Assembly (NCBI GenBank): GCA_951406725.2
Contig: OX597817.1
Coordinates: 25,482,001 to 25,546,000, forward strand
DNA: 64,000 bases
From: Octopus vulgaris
Taxonomy: Eukaryota
Direction of reading: 5' to 3'
Shown: positions 12,173 to 26,805 of the stretch, piece by piece
How the letters are laid out: the number at the start of each line of letters is the position of its first letter
Numbering within the stretch: position 1 is the first letter of the stretch
Position numbers and translations under genes: made by a program
Notes under the pieces: model-generated
Databases searched by the model: none
What the model was told of the DNA's origin: nothing
Seen by the model: the letters and a program-made list of their open reading frames with translations, nothing else

Positions 12173-14261
12173 TATCAAACTTGAACATAGTCGTGTTTTT
12201 AATATAAATAAATATTTGTATGTGCGTGCCTTTGTGTTTGAATACATATATTTATATATACATACATACACATATTCTCATACACCCATATATCATTTAT
12301 ACACTGACAACATATTTCAGCAGTAAGCAAGAGATATCAGTTCATTTTCAACTTGGCTCTCTTCCTATTTTCATTCTTTTTGTTATTCATTTACCTACAT
12401 TATCATGTGGCTATTGCACACGCATACATTTATTGATACACACATTCTCAATATACGTTGGACAGTTCTATGTAATTGTGTATGTGTAATTGATTTTTGT
12501 GTAAGGAATAATCACATTTGTAGATTGGTGTATATTATTGTCTGTATACACACATGCATAGAAACACACAAATTTAAACATACACACACACGCATACCTA
12601 TATATGTGTGTGTGCTTCTATTTTTATATATGCTATTTGAATGTGATTGAGTATATGTCTGCAAGTTAATGTCTGAAACCAAACAAGAATTGTGTTTCAG
12701 TACTGTTATGTTTACAAAAGCAATTACGTAGCCCCACCATCGCTGGAGTGATATAGGAAAATTTAATGTGTCATTTCAAGATCGTAAATTACAAGTAAGA
12801 GGTAGAACTTTCAAGTCGGCTGCTCCGAAATGTATTCAGAATTTATTCGAGCAATTAACATTTCATATGGCATAGTTATGTATATATTAACACATGACTT
12901 TAGGAATTTACAGCCCTTTTAATGGTCATTGGTAAATCAACTTTACTGACTTTCCTATGAACTTTATGAAGGTATTAAAGATTTTTATTTTCTTACATTC
13001 TGTTTTTACTTTTGCCAGATATTGTTCGGGGTTGGCGAAAGAAAACAATTGAATATGGTGTAAATATGGACAGCTTACTTTAATCTCGTGCTTCAATTCA
13101 TAATAGAAAAGAATGTAAATGGGCTTTTATGTTGGTTCTGCTTTCTACCTCTACCGCAGTGGTGTGGCCCCTTGGGAGTTGGCTTCTCTCACCCCGCGTA
13201 TTCATGGAGGCCCTTTTAATTCATTCGTCTCATGCTCCTTGCCATCCATATTGTGTCTGCCTCCCCTCAACCTATTTGGATCAATTCACCAGGTTCTTCA
13301 TTTCTAGATCATTGATATTTTTGGCCCATCAACCATGATCTTTCAGTTGTTAAAATGGAACTCTAGACACGTTGATTTAAGCGATTTCAGAGAGTCTAAG
13401 ACAGTCATGAACATAATTCTTACCTCAAGACTAAACAATTAGAAGAGGCTCTGACGTTATATTGGAATTGTAATAACTTCTCTAATTTAATTTTCTTATG
13501 TAACTTATAGCTTTTACTGCCGTGCACGCAACAATCAGAGGTTGTTACTGATTTCTTACATAACACAAAATAATCCAGATATAAGAGAATAAAAAAGAAA
13601 ACTCTGATCTCCATTCTTTTTCTGTCTTAGAAAATTAACGTCAAAATTACGTTAAAAGAACTTAAAAAAGGAATCAAAAGCATCATTGTGACTCCACTGT
13701 GGAATCTGTAGAACAAATTACGAAAGATCTGGCATAGAAAAGATTTACACCACAAGGCAGGATCTTCTTTCTTCAAGTTAATGGAATAAAACCAGTTTGG
13801 ATTGCATCCAGAAAAAGATCCATTCAACGGATGTTAAATCGGCGACGTGCAACGCTTCAGCCTTTGGGGACCAGATATACTTTCTCATCTCTTTGTCTAT
13901 TCTATTGCTATAATAATAGCTTCGGTTCTGGTACGCGATGTTGATAAGCCACAAAAATGAGGAATCCTCGATGTTCATCATTCCTGATTGAGATTTGAGG
14001 TGAGTTGTCTCACCTGTCCTTGACTTTCGGGTGTTTAACACCCGGCACTTTGAGGGAGTAATCGCCAACATGCCAAATCGCATCCTGCTGGCAAACACAC
14101 AAGGCATATAGGTTAAGTGTGTGTGGTCGACAACAATTTTGTATGCGTGTGTCTGTATGTGTATTTTTATAAGAATGCCATATTAGTATGGCGATAACTA
14201 TTATTTTCCGGGAACGCTGCCGCTGTTCTCTTTTAGAGAGACTTAGTTATTTTAATATTTC

Positions 14262-14263
<2 letters not shown>

Positions 14264-14323
<60 letters not shown>

Positions 14324-14471
14324 ATGTATATATATGTATATATGTGTATATGTGTATATGTATATATATGTGTATATATATATATATGTATATATGTATA
14401 TATATATATATATATGTCTAGATACATACACACACAGATATAGATATGTAGGTAGGTAGATAGATAGATAA

Positions 14472-14536
<65 letters not shown>

Positions 14537-15147
14537 CAGACATGCAGGTTATTGCTGGGAATTGCTAAGAAGTCCGCCTTGTAGCCACAATGTCCATGTT
14601 CGATGCTACTGCATGGAATCTTTCGCAGATCTTTGTTTAAATATCGCCTCGGATAAATACGTACCATATAAATGAAATGAGTAGATGAAAACTGTGCTGT
14701 AGCCTATTGGATGGACTGTACTTGTAGCTGAAATATATTGTCTTGTGGGACTATGCCACACTGATTCTGCCTGAAGTATATTCATTTACATGATCGTTAA
14801 TTCAATGAATGTGTAAATTCGTTGGCTGAACAACTGTACACCCATAATCGAATTCGATGGTTATCCATTTCCATTAAACACACGTACAAACATACTCATA
14901 CACGTACTTACATATATGCACATACATACAAACATACATATATACATACACATATATATATATATATACATATATATAAGTACATACGTATATGTATTTC
15001 TTTATTGCCCACAGGGGGCTAAACATAGAGGGGACAAACAAGGACAGACAAAGGAATTAAGTCAATTACATCGACCCCAGTGCGGATCTGGTACTTTATT
15101 TACTTTATTTATATATATATATATACTTTATTTATATATATATATAT

Positions 15148-15210
<63 letters not shown>

Positions 15211-15965
15211 GTGTGTGTGTATATATATATATATGTATGTATGAACTTATAGAAGGCGGCGAGCTGGCAGAAACGTTAGCACGTCGGGCGAAATGCGTAG
15301 CCGTATTTCGTCTGCCGTTACGTTCTGAGTTCAAATTCCACAGAGATCGACTTTGCTTTCATCCTTTCGGGATCGGTAAATAAAGTACCAGATCCGCACT
15401 GGGGTCGATGTAATTGACTTAATTCCTTTGTCTGTCCTTGTTTGTCCCCTCTATGTTTAGCCCCTTGTGGGCAATAAAGAAATACATATACGTATGTACT
15501 TATATATATGTATATATATATTTATATGTGCATGTATATATGTATGCTTGTATGTATGTGCATATATGTAAGTACGTGTATGAGTATGTTTGTACGTGTG
15601 TTTAATGGAAATGGATAACCATCGAATTCGATTATGGGTGTACAGTTGTTCAGCCAACGAATTTACACATTCATTGAATTAACGATCATGTAAATGAATA
15701 TACTTCAGGCAGAATCAGTGTGGCATAGTCCCACAAGACAATATATTTCAGCTACAAGTACAGTCCATCCAATAGGCTACAGCACAGTTTTCATCTACTC
15801 ATTTCATTTATATGGTACGTATTTATCCGAGGCGATATTTAAACAAAGATCTGCGAAAGATTCCATGCAGTAGCATCGAACATGGACATTGTGGCTACAA
15901 GGCGAACTTCTTAGCAATTCCCAGCAATAACCTGCATGTCTGTCTATCTATCTATCTATCTATCG

Positions 15966-16015
<50 letters not shown>

Positions 16016-16169
16016 TTATCTATCTATCTACCTACCTACATATCTATATTTGTGTGTGTATGTATCTAGACATATATATATATATATATACATATATACA
16101 TATATATATATATATACACATATATATACATATACACATATACACATATATACATATATATACATATAC

Positions 16170-16224
<55 letters not shown>

Positions 16225-16225
16225 C
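14264..16225. repeat. Large inverted duplication (arms ~14264-15103 and ~15376-16225)
   Basis: Unique sequence 14540-15103 is the near-exact reverse complement of 15376-15937; identical ORF-track peptides appear on opposite strands. Confidence 0.93.
15256..15483 (+). mobile_element. SINE family C; its 3' half is duplicated in inverted orientation at ~14996-15103
   Basis: Matches 2076-2308. Confidence 0.9.
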
Positions 16226-16239
16226 AGATATATACATTT

Positions 16240-16449
16240 TCAAAATGTAGCCACATGTGGATCGTTGATGATTTTCTTCCGTCTTCCTTTCCTATTGGAC
16301 TTTCCTCTGTTTCTGAAAAAGAGCTTTGCTCGAAACGTTAAACCATATTTCTTTCCCTCCCTGAGCGTCTGTTAATACTTTACATGTAACACGTCCTCAC
16401 GTTGTTGCTTTTTGTGTTTGTTCTTCGTTGTTGTTTTTTTGGGGGGATT

Positions 16450-16452
<3 letters not shown>
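16240..16452 (+). mobile_element. Family D element with hammerhead-like motif
   Basis: GTTT-CTGAAAA-A-GAGC-TTT-GCTC-GAAA-CGTT-AAAC at 16309-16343; ends in (TA)n. Confidence 0.7.
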
Positions 16453-16488
<36 letters not shown>

Positions 16489-16554
16489 GAGATGTGGAAC
16501 ACGAGTTGTGGTATATAAAAAGAGGAAATGAAGAAAATGCTGACAAAATAATCT

Positions 16555-16611
<57 letters not shown>

Positions 16612-17784
16612 TATACACACATATATGTGTGCGCATGTGTATGTGTGTTTCTGTGTTTATATTTGTATGTATATGCATAGGAAGCAACCACCACCAATCT
16701 CTTTGGATTGTTTTATTCTACACTTCCATGCGGTCACGTTGGTCATGTGTGCATATTTTCTGCAAAGTATCATTCAAACTTTAACTGCCTTCAATCATTA
16801 GACCGTTTCCTTACTGCGGTAGCCTCTTCCAGGATTTCAGTCGATCATATCGATCCTGCTACATCTCGAGTGCTGTGTCTGCAACTTGTTATATACTTTT
16901 TGTCAGATAAGAAATGCATTGCATTCTTTACAAACAAATTTATTGGAATATGCACACATGTGCGTCAAATATAGATAGTAAGTCCCACTTACTCATCCAT
17001 GAAGGATTACTTTACAACGTTTAGCTATTTAGATGACGGTAGAGAAAGAGAGAGAGCGAGAGATTACAATATACCTGACCAAAATAAAAGAAAAAAACGT
17101 AAAACCAGTACCAAGCTTTCAGTGACATTTATGTAAATAACTCGTCTTATTTAGCCACCTGTACAGATATACTCTGGGAAATTGTCTTTCCTATCTTCTA
17201 TTTTTTCTTTCTATCTTTATATATACTTTTTAAAAAAATTTCTTTCATATCGTCTCTTCAATCGCTTCTGATATGAAAAATATGCCTATTTCCTTATACA
17301 AACTGCTAAGTCATTTTCACTAGCTAAATTTTCTGCTGAGATCTCCTATCATATGCCTCATGAGTATTGTGATCAATATGTTTAGTTTTCAGACAAACGT
17401 AATGCAGATGTCAGTTCAAATCTGTTGTGTAATTCTATATGGATTATCCTGAAGTTATTTGTTTGGATACAGAATGATACGTGCGTACGCGTGTGTGTAG
17501 TGGGTGTATATGAGTGCGTGCGTGTGTGTGTGTGTGTGTATGTGTGTGCGTGTGTGTGTGTATGCATGCAAGTGTGCGTGGGTTTGAAGAAAGAAGGAAT
17601 TTATCCCCAGCGTATGTAGAGATTGTCATTTTAAATATTTGCATTCTTACACTCGGATAAATAAAACAGTATAAATAAAATTTATATACATGCACACATA
17701 CTTACATATTTTCACATCCATCCATCCATCCATCCATCCATCCATCCATCCATCCATCCATACATACATACATAGATATATACA

Positions 17785-17816
<32 letters not shown>

Positions 17817-17839
17817 CACATAAATACATACAAATATAT

Positions 17840-18330
17840 AGAGTGCGATGGGTAAATTATCGCCATTTTATATATTTTTAATTTTGCGCATGTGCATTGA
17901 TTGTTTTTGATTTTGTCGACTACACAGCATAGTAGGGTCAGTAGGGCAACGTCTGGGCCATGACGCAATCCACGCTGCTGGAAATTTGGAAACGACATGC
18001 TGTATTACTTAACATTCGCACCGCAATCTCCAATACAAAAATTTCAGAGTGTTTGATTGTCAATCTCAGGACAGTACAATCTGAGGACATGTACAAAGAG
18101 TGATAAAAATCAAACATCCAGTCAGCATCATGCTGTTTCAGGTGACTACTAGTGATGGCGATGTTATATTTCCATTCATCTTCCCACAGAGCCTCAAACT
18201 CAACACAAAGGCTTACATTAAGTGTCTGGAAGAGGTAGTAATGCCCTAGATCAAGAGAGTAGCTGGTGAAAGAACCTGTGTCTGGCAATATAACTTTGCT
18301 CTGTGACACACAAGCAGGAGAACCCAGTCC
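17840..18330 (+). mobile_element. Tc1/mariner superfamily (maT/DD37D-like) transposon remnant, internally deleted
   Basis: MTQSTLLEIWKRHAVLLNIR..ISECLIVNLRTVQ (HTH-like) and KHPVSIML..TTSDGDVIFPFIFPQSLKLNTKAYIKCLEEVVMP*IKR...WQYNFAL*HTSRRTQ. Confidence 0.75.
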
Positions 18331-18492
18331 ATTTAAATCAACTAAATCAAAAGAATTGACTGTAAGGTTTAGTCGCTTTAAATGAGGCTTATAGTATTAT
18401 ATATAAACAATATATAATTATAGTTATTATTAAAAAGGACCAATGTGTATCATTCTTCTCCGTAATTTACAGCCTTCTGGTTCGTTTACAAA

Positions 18493-18537
<45 letters not shown>

Positions 18538-18562
18538 CATATATATATATATATATATATAT

Positions 18563-18927
18563 AGGAGTGGCTGTGTGGTAGGTAGCTTGCTTACGAACCA
18601 CATGGTTCTGGGTTCAATCCCACTACGTGACACCTTGGGGAAATGTCTTTTACTATAGCCTTGGGCTGACAAAAGCCTTGTGAGTGGATTTGGTAGATGT
18701 GTGTGCATGTATATGTTTGTGTGTCAGTGTTTGTCCCCCGCAACATCGCTTGATAACCGATGCTGGTGTGTTTACGTCCCCGTAACATAGCGATTCGGCA
18801 AAAGAAACTGATAGAATAAGTACTAGGCTTACAAAGAATAAGTCCTGGGTCAATTTGCTGGACTGAAGGTGGTGCTTCAGCATGGCCACAGTCAAATGAC
18901 TGAAACAAGTAAAAGAGTAAAAGAGTA
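18563..18927 (+). mobile_element. SINE family B
   Basis: Colinear with 11736-12172, with a small internal deletion. Confidence 0.9.
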
Positions 18928-19638
18928 TAATATACATGACCCTCCGAGATAGGATTGATGAGAATGCTTTCTCCCCAACACCGAATTCTGGCAACTTAGT
19001 GGACTCCGCTAAAGAACCAAAGAATAAAGGAGAGTATTAAACCAAGTGACGGATAAATTTTCCCACCGTAATAGACCAGGGAGGGAATTAAACAAACAGT
19101 GCAGAAGTCATGGATCAATATTCAATTGATTTATCACAAAGAACTTCACGACGAATATGTTTGCAGTTTTGGTAGGTATGATAACACCATTTCTATATTC
19201 CATTTCACAATGTTTATGAAGTCGGCATTGAGAGGTTCAAGAAGCTACTCAAGTCCAATGAATACCGGAAGAGAGCAGGTAGTACTAGCTCTACTTGCTT
19301 TTCTGAGATACCTCATTCTTAGATAAGAAACAAAGAAGCAAAAACTATCACACAGAAATGCACAATGTTAAAAATGCCAATTTTATTTTGAATTTTAAAA
19401 AGTGCCATAGTCTGTCTACAATGTGGGGTTGTTTAAGTTAATTTTGCTTTAAAATTGAAGCGATAATGCTTCCAGTGACTAGCGAGCCAACAATGAAGAT
19501 CAATTGTCGTATCTGCGCTGTAGCCTTAACTAAGGACAAGATGGGTGTCATTCAATAATCTTTTCTACTAAAGTACAAGGTCTGATATTTTGAGGGAGGG
19601 GGCTAGTCGATTATATATATATATATTTATTTATTTAT

Positions 19639-19672
<34 letters not shown>

Positions 19673-21149
19673 GGGTGTGTTATGAGCATTTATGGAAAGG
19701 TATACCACAGAACTCAACAAATTTCTTAAAATGGAGAAAAGATGTTAAAATTTGAACGAATTTTAATACATGCATACACATACACACATAAATTCGATAA
19801 TCTTAACCATTGCTATTACAATCCCAGTACCGTTAAACTGGTACTCGTATATTCTATAATCACCATGTCATATGAGAGCAGTAAACTTATCCAGTAAAAC
19901 GTTAATCAAATTTCTGCAGTATTTCTTTGCGTGCTGAGTTCCTTTCCTGCCAAAACTTAACTTCATCTATGATCCAACCGGCTCCTTAAAAGAAATTACC
20001 AGTCTAGTACTGGGGTTAATGGTATTGACTTGCGCACTACTCTCAAAATTGCTGGTCTTGTGCGTCTGTCAGAAACAAATATTATACATTTACAAAGAGC
20101 AATTTGAATAATAGAAAAATATTAAAAAACTATGTTACTATTTCATCTCTCAAATCAGGTTAAAATCTCGACCTACTTTAAGTGAACTTTTCAACTCCAT
20201 GACACTCTGTGTAAGATATAGACGTAGATTGAGTGCTCTTGGTAAATTTATTTTTGTTTTCTATCTGAAATTAATGTTCAGAAAGGTGTAATATTTAATT
20301 TTGTGCATGATAAAAATCTTAGCTGTTATTTCATAATTCATAATAAACTCAGACATATGGGTATACACATATATGTATTATAAAACACTCACACATACAG
20401 ACATGCAGATCTATCTACTTGTGTGTCTGCGTACGCGCCGGTACACACATGGACTTATATATGCATGTATAAATTTCGAACACCAGAGAATGATAGTAAA
20501 AAGAGAGAGAGAAAAACAGAATAAAATGGGTAAGTGAGAGAGAGACAATGTAAAGAGAGAAAATGTCAAGGAAAAGGAGAACGAAGATTAGAAGTGAGAG
20601 GCAGACCTTTACAACTGTGATAAAAGAAGGAAGATTAAGACTAGAACAGTAAAGTTTGCGACATGACTGTGTCTTCGTTTATCACTTTTCATTACTAACC
20701 GCTCTTTTTATTTTTTTTAGGGTACATTATAAAAGACAATCGCAATTTCTTTAGCCGAATATTTGTCCGGTCCAGTTTCCGCAAAATTCGTTTGTTACAT
20801 GAACCAAGATGTAAAATCATTTTTACTTTAGCAAAATATTTGAAATAAACTTTTTAAAGTCGCTGCATGAGCTTATGTGTATGTGTTTATGTGTGTTTAT
20901 GCGTGTGTAGGTGTGTGAACGTAAGTGTACGTCCGTAATTATATATATTCGTGTAATATAAATAGGAATCGGTGAATAATTAAAGAGATAGTGACTTCAC
21001 ATATGTATGTAATACAATGGAGATAGCTCACCCATAAAGCGAAATGTAGTGGATATCGCTGTGAAGACAATAGATTTGGGCCCTCAAATACACTGTTTGT
21101 AAAATGTTGCGGAACATGCTCGATTCTGGACGCTACAGCAGCCAGCAAA

Positions 21150-22780
21150 ACGAATAACACAAAATATTAAAGTCATCGTCCCAAACGAATTCAAGAAGCA
21201 CATTCAGCTGAGAAGACAACAAATAGATAGAGAGAAGCAGGAACAAAATACGCCAGTAGATCAGAAATAGCTGTTAAATAATAATAAAAAAAGAGAATCG
21301 GTTTCATGCAAGAGACAGAGAAGTATCTAGAGTACAAGGTGAAACAAAAGAACAACGAGAAAAACGTACAGAAGAAATTCAGCAAAAACAACGAGACATT
21401 CTAATAAAAGCCAAAGGTAACGAAACCAAATGTTTGAGGATTTAAATCAAGAGCTACGTCTACAAGATTAGAAAGTGAGCAGAAGAACCTTAACAAAGCA
21501 GGATAATTTATGAGAAACGGCTGTAGGAAGATTAAACTCAAGAACGACGTCGTGTATTGTGAGTAAATGGAATGATATAAAAGAATGCAAACCGGTGTGT
21601 GATGAGTGCATTAGAAGATATCGTGAGACCGAGAATATGCGATAAGGACGAAACAGCCAAATGCAGTACAGAAATCGTTTAGTATATATTTTGACACAAA
21701 TACTATAAATAATTCTTGTAGAGGATTTAGTGTAATGCATCAGTTTTATGAAGCAAATTACTTTCTGCTGAAAGATACAATGATCTCTCCTTTAATAATA
21801 ACTATCATAAAGTTAGCATTAAGATCCTTCAACGTCAACTTTATAGTTCTCTGTTTTAAGAACATAAGAACTTACAGCTTACATTTGCTTCAATGGGGGA
21901 ATCAAATGGCTGAACCACGTGGTCGACGTTTCTATTGCTTTTAGTGTGCATGAACAAATTTATGTGGGTAGTCTTATTAAGCATTAGCTAAGGTGCTGAC
22001 AGAAAAAAATACCTAATGGTAGAATAACATATTTGGTAATAAGATTGATCTTTATCATCAATCTAATGTACAATGTGTCTTTAAAACCATGACTATTTTA
22101 GATGTAAATTATTAGAGAAAATAATGTTGATGCAAAGGTGTATAAATACTACTAGAAACGAGATAAAGAGATGGAATCCGCACAGTACGAAAATAGACAA
22201 TCCCTACACAACAGGAGGTGCTATAATTTACCAAAATCAGAGAGGTAGCAATACTGTTCAGGAATGCTGATGAAAAATTAAATTTTGGAAGAAGGTTTTG
22301 TGTTTATCGAAGTAATCTTGATAGACAGCTAATTAATCCTTAGTTTTATCAGTACAAATTTCGGCCTCCGTTTTATCCGATTGATGATAGAAAAAAAAGG
22401 AATAGTAACCGAAATAAGATTATAATATTGCAATATAAAATTGTCATAACTGTAGTACATAAGAATTTAATCCAATATTTCTTGATCGAAAAATATTTCA
22501 ACAGTCAGTAGTGGGTAGCATTTTGCTAGTAGGAAATGGTAACCTGAATTGTATAATATAACCTCAGTTGTAATTAAAAGTAGAACAGCTACACAGGGAT
22601 AGTCCTTCTCTTCTCAAATACTACAAAGGAAAATAGAATCCAAATGGGAAGCATTGTGTTATTATTTACTTCTTTTCATAGATCACCTCAGATCATAAAA
22701 GAGCGTTATCATCATGAAACGGTAAGTATGCAAAATATAGGAAATATGACCTTTACATTGAAATTACATGCAAAAACTAT
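21150..22780 (+). mobile_element. Highly decayed Helitron RepHel N-terminal and Rep region
   Basis: In order: ETKEQREKRTEEIQQKQR (ETxEQR repeats), LHNRRCYNLPK..EVAI, then LLFTSFHRSPQ..ERY...YDLYIEITC resembling ILPSSFxGSPR...PDLFITFTC. Confidence 0.6.
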
Positions 22781-23236
22781 TGTAATCAGGAATAAGAAAA
22801 ATAATTAAATCGCAGGTTGAAGTGTCTCAAATTATCCTCATTTTTCTAATTAAAATTAAAATTTCTATTTGAGGTCAGTTAAATGGTTCTCCTTTAGTAG
22901 AGTCCAGGCATTCTGTCATTCGATTGAATTTCAAATATAAGAAATTACATATGATCATATTATCATACTTTTACATGAAACTGTTTGTGCAGATATTCTA
23001 ATTCATGTTATAAGACAAACTTCTTTACGATATTGTAAAAATAATCATATTCATCATCTTTAAGATGAGGCAAATCAAAATATTTCAAACTTGAAGAGCA
23101 ATAACTGCTTCAACGGTTATAGGGTGGAATAGATTTTCTAAAGAAATGAAGCCGTTGTCAAGTATGTCTAATTAGTAAAGCAAACTGACTTTTTGTTTGA
23201 CGACCAAAATATACCAGACAACAAATATCTTGAGTA

Positions 23237-23443
23237 TTCTTTTACTTGTTTCACTCATTTGACTGCGGCCATGCTAGAGCATCGCCTCTAGTCGAGCAAA
23301 TCTACCCAGGACTTATTTTTGTAAGCCTAGTACTTATTCTATCGGTCTCTTTTTACCGAACCGCTAAGTTACGGGGACGTAAACGCACCAGCATCGGTTG
23401 TCAAGCGATGCTGGAGGGACAGGCACAGACACACAAACATACA

Positions 23444-23497
<54 letters not shown>

Positions 23498-23669
23498 CAT
23501 ATATTCGACGGGCTTCTGTCAGTTTCCGTCTACCAAGTCCACTCACAAGTCTTTAGTCGGCCCGAAGCTAAAGTAGAAGACACTTGCCCAAGGTGCCACG
23601 CAGTGGGACTGAACCCGGAACCATGTGGTTGGTAAGCAAGCTACTTACTACACAACCACTCTTGCGCCT
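23237..23669 (-). mobile_element. SINE family B
   Basis: Reverse complement of the family sequence. Confidence 0.9.
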
Positions 23670-26344
23670 ACATCACCTATACTGGGATTTGCTGTTCCAT
23701 AAACTCTGTGGATTATATATACACACATAAATTCGAGCGTGCAAGCACACACACATACACACAAATTTTCATTTATGTATATATGTATAGATGCAAATGC
23801 AAGATACGAGATTGGAATGATTTTATTGTCGATGAAATTACGCAGTACATAAATGTTCATTGTGATAAAGACTGTCTAGCGTCAGCTTCTCATGCCTCAC
23901 GAGTTTTCTAGTTGAAGCTCCTTCAATACTTTGTATTGTTGCACTCAAGCGATGCTGTTGTTTAATATGCTGAAATCGCAATGAAATTTGCGCAAGAACT
24001 AATGAAGAGAAATCTGTGCCTTTGTTAATGCTTTTGCATGCCTTATTCTTTGACTTACTAACTGCTTAATTTTCCTCCAACCATATATGCATATGTGTGT
24101 GTTTGTAATAGTGTAAGCAAATATATATAAGCATAAAACGTGTGCATATGCATACATGATTTATACATAAAATAAATTAGTAATGTGTAAGCACTTAATG
24201 AAATAAAATAGCTCTAATTATATGGAAATTTAGCAGAGATTGTTGCCTCTAATTTAGATTTTTTGTAAAAATAATTTTGATAGTGTGTGCCTTATATTTT
24301 TGATGACGTAAACATATCAATAATATTTACGCTATCATTTTCCTCCATGTCCAATTTTATGCAAGGTTAAAGCCAACACTCAATTTTTAGAACCCTTATG
24401 AAACTCCCAAGTATCATAAAACCCATTTCAATTTACTGAAATATCATTTGGTCCTGGAAATTAAAATTGTAGTAATTGTAGCAAGAATTATCTGTATAGA
24501 TTGTCTGTAATCTGATGGGAAATTTTTAATTTCCATACGAAACAATAAAATAAAGCTCCTTAGCTTTAGAGTTCTAAAGGTTTGGGCTACTTTTCATAAG
24601 TACCTTACAGTCGAAGATTTCTTCATTAAGCTCAAATGGGTCTGTATGAATATGATAAAGCTGTCTAAGATTGAAGCAAATTTTCTTCAAGTTAATTACG
24701 TTATGAAGGGTCTTGTTGCCCCTTGAATCAAACTCCAGCTCCTCGACATCTCAAAGGAATTCAAATTTTGAATTGAAGCACAGAGAAGAACAAATGTTTC
24801 TTCCAGTTCATTGGGTTTGCAATCAACAATTTCTTTCATTGTTCTCTTAATTACCTCTTTTGCAATTAAATCTGCATCTTTGGCGTTTTTACTCAGCATT
24901 TATTTTTCTACTTTATTATTCCATTTATCTCTTAGTATCTGTCCAGTGTCATGTGATTTACTGGTTAGAGTTTCTTGACTATTGTTTAAAACTAAAATCT
25001 AAAGAGCCTTTTTAATCACAAGCATTATCACGAAAGTTCAGGGATGATCTTGAAGCCATTCCTAAACACAGTCAACCAGAATAAGAATTTTATTGTAAAA
25101 GCTAAACAGTGCCAAGAAATTAAATGTCAAATTTTGATCTAGCATGTGATTTCTGAATCATCTATCGTAATAGCAATCTGATTTTTATCATCTACTATTT
25201 ATTGCTAAAGTTCTACTATAGTCTCAAAACATTCGCAAACGGGTTGGGAGTCGAAGCCGCTGTTCAGGGACTCTATGAAGTTTTAGACTAAGATTTGACA
25301 ACTCATGGTATAGTTTTATTTATTCATTTATTGTGAACAGAATATTCAGAAAGTAAGAATGAATAATGCAGCGAAGTTGCGCCGAGGAAAGTTATCACCA
25401 GTATGCAATGTTATGAAGCATAAACTTCACCAAAGTGAAATTGATCGACCGAACTTAATAAACTTAGAAGTGCAAATGTTTTTCAATAATCCTCTGTTGA
25501 ACTATTATAACCAGCCATACTGCAGTATTATCATAGTATTGAAATCTACAACTGACAGTATACTAATGGTGTTTCATCTTTTAAAATTTGTTTTAAATTT
25601 ACTTTCACCAATTTTCAACATGATCGTTTTACTGAATACATTTCTCTCCAATCCACTTTTAGATCAATGGCTTCTCCTTAAAGTTAATATTGAAACATCA
25701 AGTTGCACCTGTCATTTGCTTTCGATTTATATGATTCAGAGCAGATATGGCGCCAAAATATTCGGTGTTATGGACACTATGCAGAAATTTGCGGTGGAAT
25801 GCAAACTTTTCGAACACAAATAATTATGATTTTCTTTGAGGGATCTTTCCAGCATTACTTAAACTGTCTTTCATGAAAGGATCAAAGTATAAGAAAAATT
25901 TTAATGGTTAAAAAATCTAAAATTGCTTCTCTCTTCTGATCTATAGAATTTCTTTGTGAACACGCAATGCAAAGTTTGAATTGCTAGCTACTTTATGCAG
26001 TGAAGAAGTCAGTTGGGAATACCATTAAACTTTTGTTTGTCCGAATCAGTTCGAGCCTGAAGTTCTATGCCAATGATTCCTCTTTTTATATGCGATTTTT
26101 TCATCCACTGGGAGAACAATAGATTTTTTTACTTTTCGTGAATGATATGTATTTACGTTGTCTCCAGTGATCAGACCTGTTCTGTGGTTTCAACGAAGGT
26201 TAACAACCACATTGTAAAAATTGCACAGAAGCCAAAATTGTAAAACGACAGCTTCATTGAGTTCCATGTGACTGAAAGATAAACCAAACACCTTAATAGA
26301 TCAGCTAAGCATTTCCCCTTCTCCATCTCCCTCTTTCTCTCGAT

Positions 26345-26403
<59 letters not shown>

Positions 26404-26404
<1 letters not shown>

Positions 26405-26530
26405 TAGCAGTATAACCCGGCTTTGTCCGGAATTAAGTTACGATTATCAAGCTAATCAAATTCTTTATTTCAAACCAAACTAAGTAATATCGTCGTCAAA
26501 TTTGGGCGAAATCCGTTGAAATTGGTTTAT
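26404..26530 (-). mobile_element. Miniature Helitron-like element inside (TA)n
   Basis: Minus strand ends CCGGACAAAGCCGGG-TTATACTG-CTAG|T (hairpin plus CTAG). Confidence 0.6.
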
Positions 26531-26579
26531 ATATATATATATATATATAATATGAATAATATAAACGACGACTATCTGT

Positions 26580-26767
26580 CTCGCCATGATAGATCGCTAG
26601 CCACTAAGCATTCTTTATTTTCTCTCCTTGTTTCTTTCTGTGTTTCTTTCTTTGGAAGAGCGTAGACTCGAAACGTTAAAGACTTTTTCAGTTCCCGAGC
26701 GTTAAACTAATACGTGTATTTGTTGTCTATACCACCTGTCTTCGCCTTTTGATTTTTTATGAATTCT

Positions 26768-26770
<3 letters not shown>
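26580..26770 (+). mobile_element. Family E element (degenerate hammerhead motif)
   Basis: Colinear with 4180-4386; GAAGAGCGTAGACTCGAAACGTTAAAGAC; TA flanks. Confidence 0.7.

Positions 26771-26805
<35 letters not shown>

Noticed and set aside
12701-13115. Possible exons after acceptors at 12700 and 13018 (also 20720, 30445)
   Set aside because: Stop codons or weak donors, and no recognisable peptide
13420-13900. Possible PLE reverse transcriptase relic
   Set aside because: Only a faint QxxG-like motif; not supportable by eye
25359-25823. 154-aa plus-strand ORF
   Set aside because: No recognisable domain or splice context; likely a chance or antisense frame
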